The notes under the pieces: generated by a model
Seen by the model: only the letters and a program-made list of their open reading frames with translations
Told to the model about the DNA's origin: nothing
Databases searched by the model: none
Part shown: in pieces, positions 36,428 through 49,967 of the stretch
Position numbering within the stretch: the stretch's first letter is position 1
How the letters are laid out: each line of letters starts with the position of its first letter
NCBI GenBank assembly: GCA_951406725.2
Contig: OX597831.1
Coordinates: 67,828,001 to 67,892,000 of the forward strand
Length of the DNA stretch: 64,000 bases
Direction of reading: 5' to 3'
Origin: Octopus vulgaris
Lineage: Eukaryota
Made by a program: the position numbers and the translations under genes

Positions 36428-37553
36428 GAAGTCCAGATCCCACCCCTAGGACAACACCCTCTAGGTCAGAACCCCCTAAGTTGAAGTATGAAATAAGACA
36501 AAACTCTCTCAGTTATATTTTTTAAGCTTTTACTTTTAAATTTATTAACAAATAAAAAATATTTTGTGGTATAAAAATTTTTATTGAATAAATTAATTAC
36601 TATTTAAGAACTTTTTTTAATCCCAGCAGGATTATTGTATTTTCTTTTAAATATAAATTCAAATAAATATGTTTGAAAATGTGAATTGTTTGTTCCATAT
36701 TGGTGTTTGTAATTTTCTTTGACCACAATGTTTCAATATCTTTTTGATTAATTATATTTCCTAATATTTCCTTTCTCCAGTTTTTGAGTGGGACTAAAAG
36801 AGCATTTTTTGTTTCCTCTTTCTGTACCACCAAAAACCCATTGATTGTTAATTCTCCTTCCATGAGTATATTTTAGCTTGAAAAAGATACATCAATTTTT
36901 ACTTTTTTTTGGTGTACCAGCTTCATTAACCCAACCTAAAGATTCTTCTTTGCCCAATACATGAGGCATACATAAGTTTTTTTTATATGCACTCAAATAA
37001 GATTTTACCCCAATTTTTATAACCACTTTGAAAGTCACAACTTCAGACAGTGGCTGAAGTGGAACTGATGCCTCATGAGATCTAGCAGCCTTATATACTC
37101 TCACCTGACTTGCCCTCCCCAGCAATCTCTGGCTGGTGACCTGACTGTGTCAGATTACTTTTGGAGGATTTCCATAAAGACCCTTGAATTTCCAAAGTGG
37201 ATTATACACAGAAACAGGCCAGTGTTTTATTTTACCCTTATCTGTTTGCATTCTTTCCATGGTAGCTGGTTGCATTATTGGTCTTCCAATGGTTTTTTCA
37301 GGAAGATATGTTTTACCTTTTCATGGGGAATTTCAAAACACTGATCATGTAGAGTGAACCAACACAAAAAAAGATTATAATCATTTTCATGATTGCTTCA
37401 GTAATAAATTACTTAAATTAATTTTTTTTTTCTGGTATTAAAGTTCAAAATCAGAAAAAATATAACTCAGTGGATTTTGTCATATTTCATACTTTAACTT
37501 AGGGGATTTTGTCTTAGTTGGTTTTGCCCTAGATTTGTTTTGTCCTACACTCC
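36428..37553 (-). mobile_element. TIR DNA transposon carrying a Merlin (IS1595-like DDE) transposase relic
   Basis: Inverted subterminal blocks (CCCTAAGTTGAAGTATGAAATA / TATTTCATACTTTAACTTAGGG); imperfect 9-bp TSD ATCTGGAAT/AACTGGAGT. Frameshifted VKID...KYTHGRRINNQWVFGGTERGNKKC-LLVP...IETLWS...YLFEFIFKRKY at 36630-36915. Confidence 0.7.
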
Positions 37554-38299
37554 AACTGGAGTTTTATATTTCTACTCAGCTCCAGCATATATGCTGCTAT
37601 GGACACATTGAACAATTCGTTATTGTTATTCTAAAATAGAAATAATTTTCTTGCATTCATAATCATATTACGGTACACGTAACTAAAATCAGGGATTATT
37701 TTTGCCAAACTGCATGAAACTACATTTTTTTTTTTTGGTTCTGCAAAACTATTCTGGTACATCTAAAGTGTTGCATCATAATCTTAAAAAGGAAACTGCT
37801 TTTTATTCTGGAAACTTCGACCGTAAGCCTACTCTAGTATAACCAGAGTTAAGTGTAGTCAGTAAAAGAATATTATTCTGAAAATTATTGTTTTCTAATA
37901 TTTTTTTACTTCTAAACATAACTCACATTTTGCTGAGTTGATTAATCTACACTTAGAGTTAATCACATAGTTTACTTTTTGTTCCTTAAGTCTTATAAAA
38001 GGGAACCAAGGTGCCATATGTTTTAGCTTATCCTCTATCTTTAGTTTTGATGTTAACATATTAGCTTGTGAATTAATAGAGCCATAAGCCACGTTTCTAA
38101 ACTTCTTATGGATTATTTGTTATATTATTTGATAAAAGCATTTTGTATGTGCTAGCATAGATGCTATACAAATTCCTTGTTTTATCAGAGAAAACATACA
38201 ACTTGTATGATTTGTGTAGTGAGAGATCCAATGTTTATTGAGTTACTTTGGAAGTTTTTTGTGCACCTTACAGAGCTTGAATTTTTTAGAAATGTTTAA

Positions 38300-38520
38300 C
38301 CCTTTAGCATTCAAACCGGCCATATCCGGCCCAAATATTCTACTTGTTTTATGCTCAAATTGACCAAATCCAACCTTTCATACCTATCCCACAATGTGAT
38401 TCTGAAAAATAAGCAATCACATTATTGAAATCTTAAAGCTATGAGACAGTTCAGGGTTGATTCAAAACAATGTGAATAAATAAGCATTAGATTTGACAAA
38501 GTAATCTGAATGCTAAAGGG
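38300..38520. mobile_element. piggyBac-like MITE
   Basis: TTAA|CCCTTTAGCATTCA...TGAATGCTAAAGGG|TTAA. Confidence 0.9.
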
Positions 38521-40179
38521 TTAAAAGGTCTTCTTCAAATCTTGTTATGTTTTTGTCATATGGTGGATTTGTATGTATTCTGAAGCCTAATTTGTTACCT
38601 TTATGGCATCAAGATTCTCTGCTTTCAAATAAATAACCACACCACCTGAATCTTCATATAAAGTTTACTATTTTTTCTCCAACATACATTTCATATATAT
38701 AACTATAATGCTTTTGGCTGAGAAGTCAAACTGGTGTTTATCCTTAACCAGGTGTCTACTTTTAGCAAAATAGCAATATAAATTTATTTTGATTCACTGA
38801 AGGAGATAAATTACAGAACTCAATACGTAAACACAGAGTATTCTTCAAAACTTACAATAAATGAAAAGTTCATAATTTCCAATATTCCGATTTGCACAAT
38901 TCTGATCATTTATCTGTTAATCCAAACCTGTTTCCTCTTGAATGTTCTGTTTGAATATATTTTGAAATATCAGATGAGTTATCAAGAAAACACTTATCAT
39001 TGTGATTTTTGGGTTATTTTACTGATAAAAATACCCAAAAATTTGCATGAGCGACAATTGCAAAATCAGTTATTTTAAGTTTGCATTTTTCAATTAATTT
39101 CTGGCTTTCTTGGTAATACTAAAACCTCATATAAAGGATGTCACTCTAAGAACTGTCCTCATTGAATTGAGTTGCTAAGGTAATATTTTAAAAGCAAGTT
39201 TTTAAAAACATTTTGAAACTACTGTTTTTATTACTGGAACTTGATTGGAACTCAAAGAGGCTGACATACAATATTTAGCTCTGTATACAAAGTGTTAATA
39301 TTTTAGTTATTTTGTTCACATCTTTACTCCCTAGAAACATACTTTTAAAAAAAATATTTTGCTCAAACAAAGGTCCACATTACATATTTGGTTTGAATTT
39401 ACCATTCCTTTATGGCTGTGCCATGTCGACAACCAATCTGGTGATTTTGTATTCATGAGAGTTTACTTCAAATAAGAATTACATAAATTTCAACAAGGCC
39501 ATAGTGTTTTTTTGTTTTATTTTGTCAAAGCTGATGAATGAGAATTTATGTTAACTTTCTGCAAACCAAGGTTTCATGCTGACAAAAATTAGCAATATTT
39601 CAATCCAGAATTCAAATTACAAAAAACATTCTGCTAATAAATTTGTGCATGCATTTCTGAGACATGATGGCAAAGCACATCAGGTGTAAGATAGCTTCAA
39701 GCCATAGAAAGATACTCCATCAACCACACACAGCTTGCATATCATGCTGGGAATATTATCAGAAGCCCCTTGCAATCAATAAACAGTAATTAATTTTGCT
39801 GCAAAAGTTGCAGAACGTTTCAAACAATAGATCACTACTAACAGATTAACAAGGCAAAACCTATACTTTTCTTTATACCTCAATATGGGCCATAGCTTGG
39901 AGTTCATACATGTATTATCTGAGAACCTACCTCCTCCTAATATTCATTTGCTCTTGAAAACCCAAGATGGCATTTTCAGTCACTCTCATCAATTATAATA
40001 CTGGGGTGACATTTGAGATTTTAGAATTATGGTTGGAAAGATACCAATTATAGTTAGCATCAAACGTTTGATTGGAGAAAGTTAAGATAATTTTATTAAG
40101 CATATTTGTTTATCTACCACTAGCATGCATATACAGCTAGTGCATGCATATACAGCTGCGTGCATGCGCACATACACGC

Positions 40180-40465
40180 AAGTACTGTCCAAATCTCCAA
40201 CCAATCACATACAGCTAGCTGGCATTCAATTGGTGTATCAAGTTTTGGGCAATTTAATTGGGTTTTGGATAGAAAATTCACAAAAAAGTCACTTCTATTG
40301 ATTTTTTAATGGCTTTGTGGGTTGACTGGGGAAATGTAAAGATGTACACAACCGTTCTCGGACGGTTTTGAATGACCATAGAAAGTGCGAGCCCTCTAAC
40401 TGAAAAATCGTGGTTTTGTATAAAGGATACACACACAGACATTTTGCCGTTTATATATATAGAGA
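40180..40465 (-). mobile_element. Helitron-like 5' end
   Basis: Minus strand TCTCTATATATATAAACGGCAAAATGTCTGTGTGTG resembles the start of the 46446 element; 3' end not located. Confidence 0.5.
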
Positions 40466-41744
40466 TACTGGTGTTAAGTAGTAATTCTTCTCATTCATTA
40501 CCTCGATATCTGTTCATTCAACTTTTTAAATGTCCATTGTTCTGTGCAAACATTTGATGGACATGAGAATTATATCTAAGGCAAGGTTTTATTGCTGGAT
40601 GCTTTTCCTGTTACCAACTTTTAACCAGTTTCCAAGTAAAGGGTTGTTTATTCCACAGGTCTTTGATAATGCAGAATGAGCCCATGTAAAAACAAAAATG
40701 AATGCAAATCTCACCATCATTTTGATCAAACGGGGACAAGTGTGGAATATCAGCATTCACACATATTCACATGCACACACACACACACACACACACACGT
40801 ATATCCTATGTCTCCAAAAATGATCCGTTGGATCACCAATAATTCAAGGTACCAGGAAAGTCTGAGTTTCACAGCAATGGAGTTTTGTTTCGTGGTTTTT
40901 TTCTTTTACAGGTTATTTCACATGCTTTCAGTGAATGTGACATCAAAATCACGCATAAACAGCTCCTTTCTCTAGAAAAAGAAAGACTTGGCTGCTATTT
41001 CTTGCCTGCCCTGCTACCACGTAACAGGTATTTCAGGTCCTTTAGAGCATGATAGAAATAGCAGCGAAATCTTTGTAAGTGAGATATGTTGAATGCACTT
41101 GAAACCTATGAAAAATAACTATTTCATACTAACGTTACGAATGGGTCTTTTATGATATATTTACCGTATTTTAAAATCATTTTCAGTTTTAAATATTTGA
41201 CCCATCATAATGTATCTGATGGAAAGGTTAGAGTTTCTTCTCTTTCAGGGTTAAGCTATTTTTGGAGTATTTTCCCATTATGCACTGCTTTGGGTATTTA
41301 TACCTCCAAGAGCCCAAATATCTCAATAACCACTGGTCTGATTTACATGAAACTTGTTTTATTCCGTTTGTATTCACATTTCAGGGGCGCTTTACTTTCA
41401 AAATATTTTCCCATTATGTGCCGGTTTTGCTGTGTAACATTGCAAGCAAGCAAACAAACATACATACACATATATGTATGCATATGTTGTATTGGTGTCA
41501 GAGGCCAGTGAATACCAGGCCTCAACTGAATACACACCATATTGGATAGTGTAGATATATTTATTATCAGTCAGCCCTATGAAATTCTCAATTTGTTTGG
41601 CAGGTTTAGAAAGTTACCCTCTGAAATGTTTGAAAATACACACACACACACACAAAGGTCAGGTGTTCATCAGTCAGAAAAAAGCACACCCTAAAAGAAA
41701 TTTTGAGTAGTTATAACTTTATGTGTTCAAGTAGTAGCTCCTTG

Positions 41745-43200
41745 ATTCTGGCATTTAACTGCTCAGAAAGTTACAATTTGTTTTGCATCTACTATTGCAC
41801 TGGACAATACAGACAACTCATCAAACATGCTGACTGGAAGCTCATAACTTCTTTTCTGATGGAGGTAAATATACAGTCTTGGTCAGTGTAGTATTGAAAA
41901 AAAAGAAAAGAAATCAAAACAGAATGAAACAATCATTGAGAGCTGTGGCTGAAATGGGTCAGCTATGTCTGCATGTGTTTTTTCGTTCTCATGTCCACAA
42001 ACAAGGAAGACTACATCTCCAAAATGAATTTTATGTTATGAGAGCAGCAACTAAAAATCTCACTTAATGAAAAGCTGTTGTATATCAACAAAACCTCCTA
42101 CTACCTGCCTATAGGGCTTATAAATCTTGTGAAGTGTGTCAGTAAGAGGATTTCAAATTTATCCTCGAATAAAGATGATTTAGGTGCAGCCACCCCTTAT
42201 TAAAATGACACTCTTGCAGCCAACAGATTTAGGGACTGCATCACCTATATACCAGGACCTAGCATCCAGGAAAAAAAGTGCCACTGTTAAGTCCTCTGGC
42301 TTGCGCCAACATTCTCATTCAACATCAAAATCTGCAGGAGGAGGGTCTCTCTTAGATTAGTAAATAGCCATTTCACACAGTCCCATAGGTAGAGAAGATT
42401 ATTCAACTTAAGGGGTTCATTCAGCTGTGTGCATAGTGTAAAAAATTTAGTGAATGTCTCTGAACCCCGTACAGAGGTAGGATGATCATATAGGGTTAGG
42501 AGTGAGTACCCTGTGAATGGTCTATGTACCACTGTAGCTATGGTGTAACAAAGCAGAGGTGGTGTCTAACAACAACAGCAGCATCAAAAGGACCCATACA
42601 CATGGAAATATGTTGGAGCAATGGAGGGCCCATTTAAGGCCTGGCTAAATAACCACAGGTCCTCTTTTAGGATCTCAGGGAGGCACAGCATTTCAACATT
42701 AGTCAGCTATATATGGCAATTAAAAGAGGAGGAAAAGCTATATAAAATTAACTTGAGTTATACATCAACAGAAGTAGATGGTATAAACTTTGCTTAGCCA
42801 AAAGGATAAGGATCCTAAAAAATTTGTGTGCTCCAGGCACCTTTTTGAATTCAAAAAGTGAAATTTTTAGCCACTGCCCTCAAGACAGAAAATTTGTTTT
42901 GGAAACATAGTCTTCCCTGATTGTGGACTAGAGAACATAAAAAACATATGCAGGCACAGCTAACCCACTTCAGCCATAGTTGGAATCATACAAGTGGGAG
43001 CAACTCTTCTTATCCTCTCAGAAAGTGTTTTGTTTTTCATTTCATTTTATTTTTTTCACTACCAAAACTGACCAAGATTGTATATTTACCTACATCGGTA
43101 AAGAGGCTTCTAGTGAGCATGTCTTATCAGTCATTTATATTTCCCAGGTCAATAGTAGACACAAAATCAAAGGTAACTTACGAAACAGTTAAATGCCATA
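41745..43200 (+). mobile_element. 5'-truncated Penelope-like element: RT thumb and GIY-YIG endonuclease relic with inverted pseudo-LTR
   Basis: KRISNLSSNK; YVGAMEGPFKAWLNNHRSSFR...TLVSYIWQLKE; LCLAK...LNSKSEIFSHC. Region 41745-42066 is an inverted copy of 42856-43200. Confidence 0.8.
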
Positions 43201-43245
43201 ACAAAGGATATACTATTATACATGTGAATTCATATTCATAATATA

Positions 43246-43635
43246 GGTGCAGGAGTGGCTGTGTGGTAAGCAGCTTGCTTACCAATCACATGGTTCCAGG
43301 TTCAGTCCCATTGTATGGCACCTTGGGCAAGTGATTTCTACTATAGCCTCAGGTCGACCAAAGCCTTGTGAGTGAATTTGGTAGACAAAAACTGAAAGAA
43401 GCCCATCGCATATACATATATATGTATATGTATATGTTTGTGTGTCTGTGTTTGTCCCCCCACCATTGCTTGACAGACAATGTTGGTGTGTTTACATCCC
43501 TGTAATTTAGCAGTTTGGCAAGAGAGGCTGATAGAATAAGTACTAGGCTTAAAAAAATAAGTCCTGGGATCGATTTATTCAACTAATAGGTGGTGCTCCA
43601 GCATGGCTGCAGTCAAATGACTGAAAAAAATAAAA
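43246..43635 (+). mobile_element. SINE family A
   Basis: Diverged full-length match. Confidence 0.85.
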
Positions 43636-44245
43636 AAATACCAGTAATAACTGGAGCAAGAGGTTTTGTTAGTAAATGCTTGAAGGAGAATCTGATAAAC
43701 TGGGATTTTCAGAAAGAGAAATCAACTGGCTGATTTGTACATTACAAGTGCAATCTGTGAGAGGAACAGTAAAAATATGCAATACTTTTCTCAAGTTCCA
43801 AATGTGAATTTGTGTTAACTACATCCCAAAGATGGAGCCTTGTATCTTTGTTGGAAACCAGCTCCCTTCTCAGTGGAAGTTGTATAATAATTTTAAAAAA
43901 TAGAAGAGACATACATACATACAAACAAACAACCGATCAAACAAAGTTCCTATTGAAAATCTGTACCATGGATAGAGTTATGGAATGAAGAATCTTATTT
44001 GTTATTTGCTTGTACATTTTTTCTTGCTGTTTATTCAGATGATCATTGAGTTTTAGCTTTCCTGATGATGTGTAATATGAAGTTGGAGAGCTAACAACAA
44101 AAAACCCACTTGTTCATATGCGTGTAATGACATGAAATGCAGATTTTTGACCAAAATGTTATTGCATTTGCAGCGTGGAAGGTGTTTACAAGCCATTTAA
44201 GAAACACACAAAAACCGTTAGATTCACTTCAACATTTAAGTTTAA

Positions 44246-44296
44246 TTTGTCAAAATATTTTCGTCGCTTTGAGACCGTGACCTGTTCACTGACAAA
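44246..44296 (-). ncRNA. Putative minimal hammerhead ribozyme with G3-C8 swapped core
   Basis: TTTGTCA-GTGAACA-G-GTCAC(GGTCTCAAA)GCGAC-GAA-AATATT-T-TGACAAA: 7-bp stem I, stem II 4/5 paired, palindromic stem III. Confidence 0.6.
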
Positions 44297-45359
44297 ACTC
44301 CGTGCTGCATCTGAGAAAGTAACAGTTAGTTCATGATATATATGTACATATGTATGTGTGCATGTATGTATGTATGTATTTATTTATGTATGCATGTATG
44401 TGCGTATGTATGTATGTGCATATGTATGTATGTGCGCATGCATGTGTGCATGCCTATACGCATGTATGTATGTGAGTATTTAGGAGTGTTGGTAGACGTG
44501 TCTGTGTGTTTGTACATGTGTATGTATATGTGAATGTATGTTTATGTAATGATATGTGACAGTTCAAGTTGTATACATGACTGTTACATTGTTGAAGGTT
44601 GTATATATACACACATATTCATTTATATAGACACACACACACATATATATATATGTGTGTGTGCATTTGTCTCTCTCACCACCGTCTAACGGTGAATGTT
44701 ATTGCATGTTATAGAGAAAACCAGGATTTTGCAGTTAAATTGCCTTATATTAGGTTAAGAAACAGACACTTACGTATGTCAAGAAGAGAAGGCTAAGTAG
44801 ATATCATTGTAAATGAAAGCATGAAGATAATATGAAAGACTGATAAAACAGTAGATGACATTGCAGAAGGAAAGTTGCAGCTAATATGTGAAAAGAAGAA
44901 GGCAATTAATAATGTTAATAAAATACTGAAGTGAGCATGTAAAAACTGAAGATAGGAAGCATAATTGTATAAAATATGGAAGGGAGTATAAAATATAAAA
45001 TTGGAAAAGGTAGTAATATTGTAAAAAAGGAAAACAGTTGATAATATTATATCTTGAAGAGGTGGAAGATGATATTGTAATATGAGAAAAATATCCAGAC
45101 AGTAGAAATTGAATGGAGGAGACAGTATCATATAAAGAAAACAATTGTCAATATATTAAACTATAGAAGGTATTATAGGGGGGGAGGGATGCAGAGTAGT
45201 AGAAAAGCAGAGCACTAGGTTTCTAAATACTTTGTGCTTTTCACTTTCATTTATGTATTGAGATCCCACTGCCATCACTGGTATTATCTTCCATGTCTGA
45301 GATGTTGGTGAAATATGTACCAGTTATATATTACAGATATATTAAATGATCAATACCTA

Positions 45360-45590
45360 TTTCTTTATTACCCACAAGGGGATAAACACAGAGGGGGACA
45401 AACAAGGACAGACAAACGGATTAAGTCGATTACATCGACCCCAGTGCGTAACTGGTACTTAATTTATCGACCCCGAAAGGATGAAAGGCAAAGTCGACCT
45501 CGGCAGAATTTGAACTCAGAACGTAACGACAGACGAAATACAGCAACGCATTTCGCCCGGCACGCTAACCATTCTGCCAGCTCGCCGCCT
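45360..45590 (-). mobile_element. SINE family C
   Basis: Reverse complement of 35982-36214; TSD-like AATGATCWATACC on both sides. Confidence 0.85.
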
Positions 45591-46445
45591 TAATGATCTA
45601 TACCAACATCCTATATATTTATGATTAGAAAAAGAAAGAAAAGTAGCAGATGTTAAAAGTAGAATATGGCAGGTAGTATGAAATGAAAACTTAAGCAAAA
45701 ATTATTGTTAAAGAAAAAATTGTGTTGAAGTATTGGACTAAACTCATTGCAGTATTCAGTCGTTATATTCTGTTGTTGATAAAAGAATTATCAAACAAGT
45801 ACTCAGATATGTTTCTTTGAATATGCCTCTCTTTATATGGATTTAGACCTGGTGTGCATGAGAGAAATCAGTATAGTAAAACAGCAGACGACATTGTCAA
45901 ATAAATAAATAAGTGAACAAACAAATACATAAATAAGCAAATGATATTGGATCTCGTAAAGTGAAGACAGCAAACTACGTTTTACAGGGAGAAGACAACA
46001 AACAATATTTTAAGCAGACGATATTGACAACTGCTAATATTAGGAAATAGAGAAGGTAGGAAACAATATTATAAACAATATTATAAATGCTGGAAGGCAG
46101 CAGACAACATTATAAAGTGATGAAAAGTTATGAGTAACTTAGTGCAAAACCAGTTTATTACAACAATATCAAAGAAGCATGATATCATGTCTACCCAAAC
46201 AACAGAACATTTGGCATCAAACGTAGAACCAAGAACTGGGGGCAGGAGATTACAATTTATAAAGAACTTGCATTACAAAGAAATAAAGAATCAGATTTCA
46301 AACTCTGCCTAAGAATATATGCATATGGCTAAATATCTAAAGACGAAAACTGAGCAGATGGAACTCAGGATATAAAAATCTCAAAAATCAGGCTAGGAGA
46401 ATTAAATTAATTTAAAGTAGTATAAATCTATTAATGGGATATAAA

Positions 46446-46818
46446 TCTCTCTCTATATAAACGGCAGTTTGTCTGTGTGTGTTTCTGTGTGTCTGTTAGG
46501 TTGTACCCTCACCCTGACCACGGCTTTCAACCGATTCTGATGAAACTTGACACACACATAGCCCAATGTCATAATTCAAAACTAACGCAGCGAAAATTTT
46601 GAAAAGTTCCCCCAGTTCTGAAAAAAAATCGATAAATTCGACATGGGGTCGAGAATCAGAAACACAAACCACAGACTGTCTAGGGGATGCAACTCGACCT
46701 TTTTAACTAAAAAAAAAATTTGCCATCACTTTTTTTCCATTTTTTGGCTATAACACTCTAAAAATGCTTTATAGTTATTTCCCTTACAAACCCGAGCAAC
46801 GCCGGGCGATACTGCTAG
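46446..46818 (+). mobile_element. Non-autonomous Helitron
   Basis: 5' TC, 3' hairpin CCCGAGCAACGCCGGG then CTAG; inserted between A and T, no TSD. Confidence 0.85.
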
Positions 46819-46837
46819 TAATTAATAAATTAAGAGA

Positions 46838-47262
46838 GAGTGGCTGTGTGGTAAGTAGCTTGTTTACCAACCACATGATTCCAGGTTCAGTCCCACTGCA
46901 TGGCACCTTGGGCAAATGTCTTCTACTATAGCCTCGGGCCGACCAAAGCCTTGTGAGTGGATTTGGTAGACGGAAACTGAAAGAAGACCGTCGTATATAT
47001 ATGTATATATATATATATATGTATATGTGCGTGTATGTTTGTGTGTCTGTGTTTGTCCCCTTAGTATTGCTTGACAACCGATGCTGGTGTGTTTATGTCC
47101 CCGTTACTTAGCGGTTCGGCAAAAGAGACCGATAGAATAAGTACTGGGCTTACAAAAGAATAAGTTCTGGGGTCAAGTTGCTCAATTAAAGGCGGTGCTC
47201 CAGCATGGCTGCAGTCAAATGACTGAAACAAGTAAAAGAGTAAAAGAGTAAAGAGTAAAGAG
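46838..47262 (+). mobile_element. SINE family A
   Basis: Full-length match. Confidence 0.9.
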
Positions 47263-47661
47263 TATAGTAAAACAATATAAAATATTTGGAAGAGGAAAAG
47301 ATTAGTGTTAATTGTTTCAGTGTCTTGCTTCTCTCCAGAATTGAACTCAGGGTCAATAAGAGATAAATCAACTTTGTTAAGATTTGTACTCAGAACTGAA
47401 GAGGCCAAAAATGCATACAACAAAGTCCAGTTGATTTTGAGACTCATATGTGCTTGCTGCAGAAAGGTGGAGTGCATAAAAGTTGACAACAGTATATTAT
47501 TAGCAGTTATTTTAGCACTTCAGATTGGCTGGAAATCAAAACTGACTTTGGTATAATGCATGTCTAAATACCTTAAGTTGTAATTTTGGGAATTATGTGC
47601 CTCGTTTACAATCTGTCTTTTATATTTAATATTTTAATTTAGTGTCCCAGCATGACCACAG

Positions 47662-47875
47662 CAGTGAGCTGGCAGAGACGTTAGCATGCCGGGCAATATA
47701 CTTAGCAGTATTTTGTCTGTCTTTATGTTCTGAGTTCAAATTTTGCTGAGGTTGATTTTGCCTTCCATGCTTTCGGGGTCAATAAATTTAGTATTAGTTG
47801 TGCACTGGGGTCGATCTAATCAACTGGCCCCCTCCCCCAAAATTTCTGGCCTTGTGCCTAGAGTAGAAAAGAATA
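47662..47875 (+). mobile_element. SINE family C (diverged)
   Basis: GAGCTGGCAGA...GAGTTCAAAT...CTGGGGTCGAT match. Confidence 0.75.
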
Positions 47876-48120
47876 CTTTACTTTACATATTTCATTCGTA
47901 ATACTGTAAATATGCTGGGGCAGAGCCTTGAAGAGTTTAGCCAAACAAATCAACCACAAGTACCTATTTTTTTATAGTCTGGTATTCGGGTATTTATTTT
48001 CTCAGTCTCCTTTGACAAAACCACTAAGTTACAGGGATGGAAAACCAACACTGGTTGTCAAACAGTGTGTGTGTTATGTGTGTGCATTTGACAAACATAA
48101 AGACATACATATATATATTT

Positions 48121-48715
48121 ACTCTTTTGATCTTTACTCTTACTCTTTTACTTATTTCAGTCATTTTGACTGTGGCCATGCTGGGGCACCGCCTTTAATC
48201 GAGCAACTCGACCCCGGGACTTATTCTTTGTAAGGCCAGTACTTATTCTATCGGTCTCTTTTGCTGAACCGCTAAGTTACGGGGACATAAACACACCAGC
48301 ACTAACGGTTGTCAAGCAATGCTAGGGGGACAAACATACACGCACATACATATATATACGTTTATATGATGGGCTTCTTTCAGTTTCCGTCTACCAAATC
48401 CACTCACAAGGCATTGGTCAGCCTGGGGCTATAGCATAAGACACTTGCCCAAGATGCCATGCAGTGGGACTGAACCCGGAACAATGTGGTTGGTTAGCAA
48501 GCTACTTACCACACAGCCACTCCTGCGCCTACATACATATATATATATATATTTACAGGCTTGGCTGTGTGGGTGAGAAGCTTGCTTCCCAACCACATGG
48601 TTTTAGGTTCTGTCCCACTGTGTGACACTTGGGTAAGTGACTTCTACTATAGCCCTGGACTGACCAAAGCCTTGTGAATGGATTTGGTAATAAATACAAA
48701 CTGAAAGAAGACCAT

Positions 48716-48763
<48 letters not shown>

Positions 48764-48990
48764 TGTGTGTCTGTCTTTCTGTGTTTGTCCTTCACCACTG
48801 CTTAAACAATCAAACTAATGTTTCACTGTCTATATCATGTAACTTAGTGGTTTCACAAAGTGATCAATAGAATAAGGACTTGGCTTTAACAAATATGTAA
48901 TGGGGTTAATTTGCTCAACTAGGACCCTTCAAGGCAGTGTCCCAGCATGACCACAGTCCAGTGATTGAAACAAGTAAAAGATAAAAGATA
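48121..48990. mobile_element. Two head-to-head SINE family A copies (48121-48530 minus; 48558-48990 plus, older)
   Basis: Family A matches in opposite orientations. Confidence 0.85.
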
Positions 48991-49576
48991 TATGATGTGT
49001 CATTTGTGTCTACCAAATTAATTCACAAGGTACCATTTAACCTGGGTCTAGAGTAGAAAACTTTTGTACAGGGTGCCACACAGTTGGCCTGAATTCCAAT
49101 ACTATGAAGTCGCAAAGTGCTCCTATCATTCTGAGGTATCTTATACCTATCATCATGATCATCGTTGCCATCTTCACCATTATCGATTTTATGTTTACTT
49201 TTCTCATTCTGCCAGGGTTCGATAATAGTTCTTGGGATGCTGTTCAACAACCAGATAATTCTTCCTGGGGACAATGCCTTATTTGAAGGCATCATTGCAT
49301 GTTAAATTGCTGCTAAATATTTTGTGTATGACTTAGAAATTAATGTCACTCTTACTGAAATGGTGTCATTACAAATACACACACACACACACACATAGGT
49401 GCTAGTTTGGGTGTGTGGTAAGAAGATCAGTTCCCAATCATATATAGCTTTGGGTTCAGTCCCAATGTGTGCATCTTAGGCAAGTGTCTTCTATTTATGT
49501 CTCAGTAAAGTTCCTGGAATAAATCTATGGATGACAACAGGGAACCTAAACTGTGCCAGTGCTTTACTCATCATCT

Positions 49577-49967
49577 ACTCTTTTTACTCTTTTTACTTGT
49601 TTCAGTCATTTGACTGCGGCCATGCTGGAGCACCACCTTTAGTCGGGCAAATCGACCCCAGCACTAATTCTTTGTAAGCCTAGTACTTATGCTAGCGGTC
49701 TCTTTTGCCGAACCGCTAAGTTACGGGGACGTAAACACACCAGCATCGGTTGTCAAGCGATGTTGGGAGAACAAACACAGACACGCAAACATACACACAC
49801 ACATACATATATATATATATACATATATACGACGGGCTTCTTTCAGTTTCCGTCTACGAAATCCACTCACAAGGCTTTGGTCGACCCGAGGCTATAGTAG
49901 AAGACACCTGCCCAAGGAACCATGTGGTTGATAAGCAAGCTACTTACCACACAGCCACTCCTGTGCC
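49577..49967 (-). mobile_element. SINE family A
   Basis: Match with a small deletion in the head. Confidence 0.9.

Noticed and set aside
35540-39170. Similar segments 35540-35810 and 38900-39170
   Set aside because: Diverged, and likely an old dispersed repeat; termini could not be defined.
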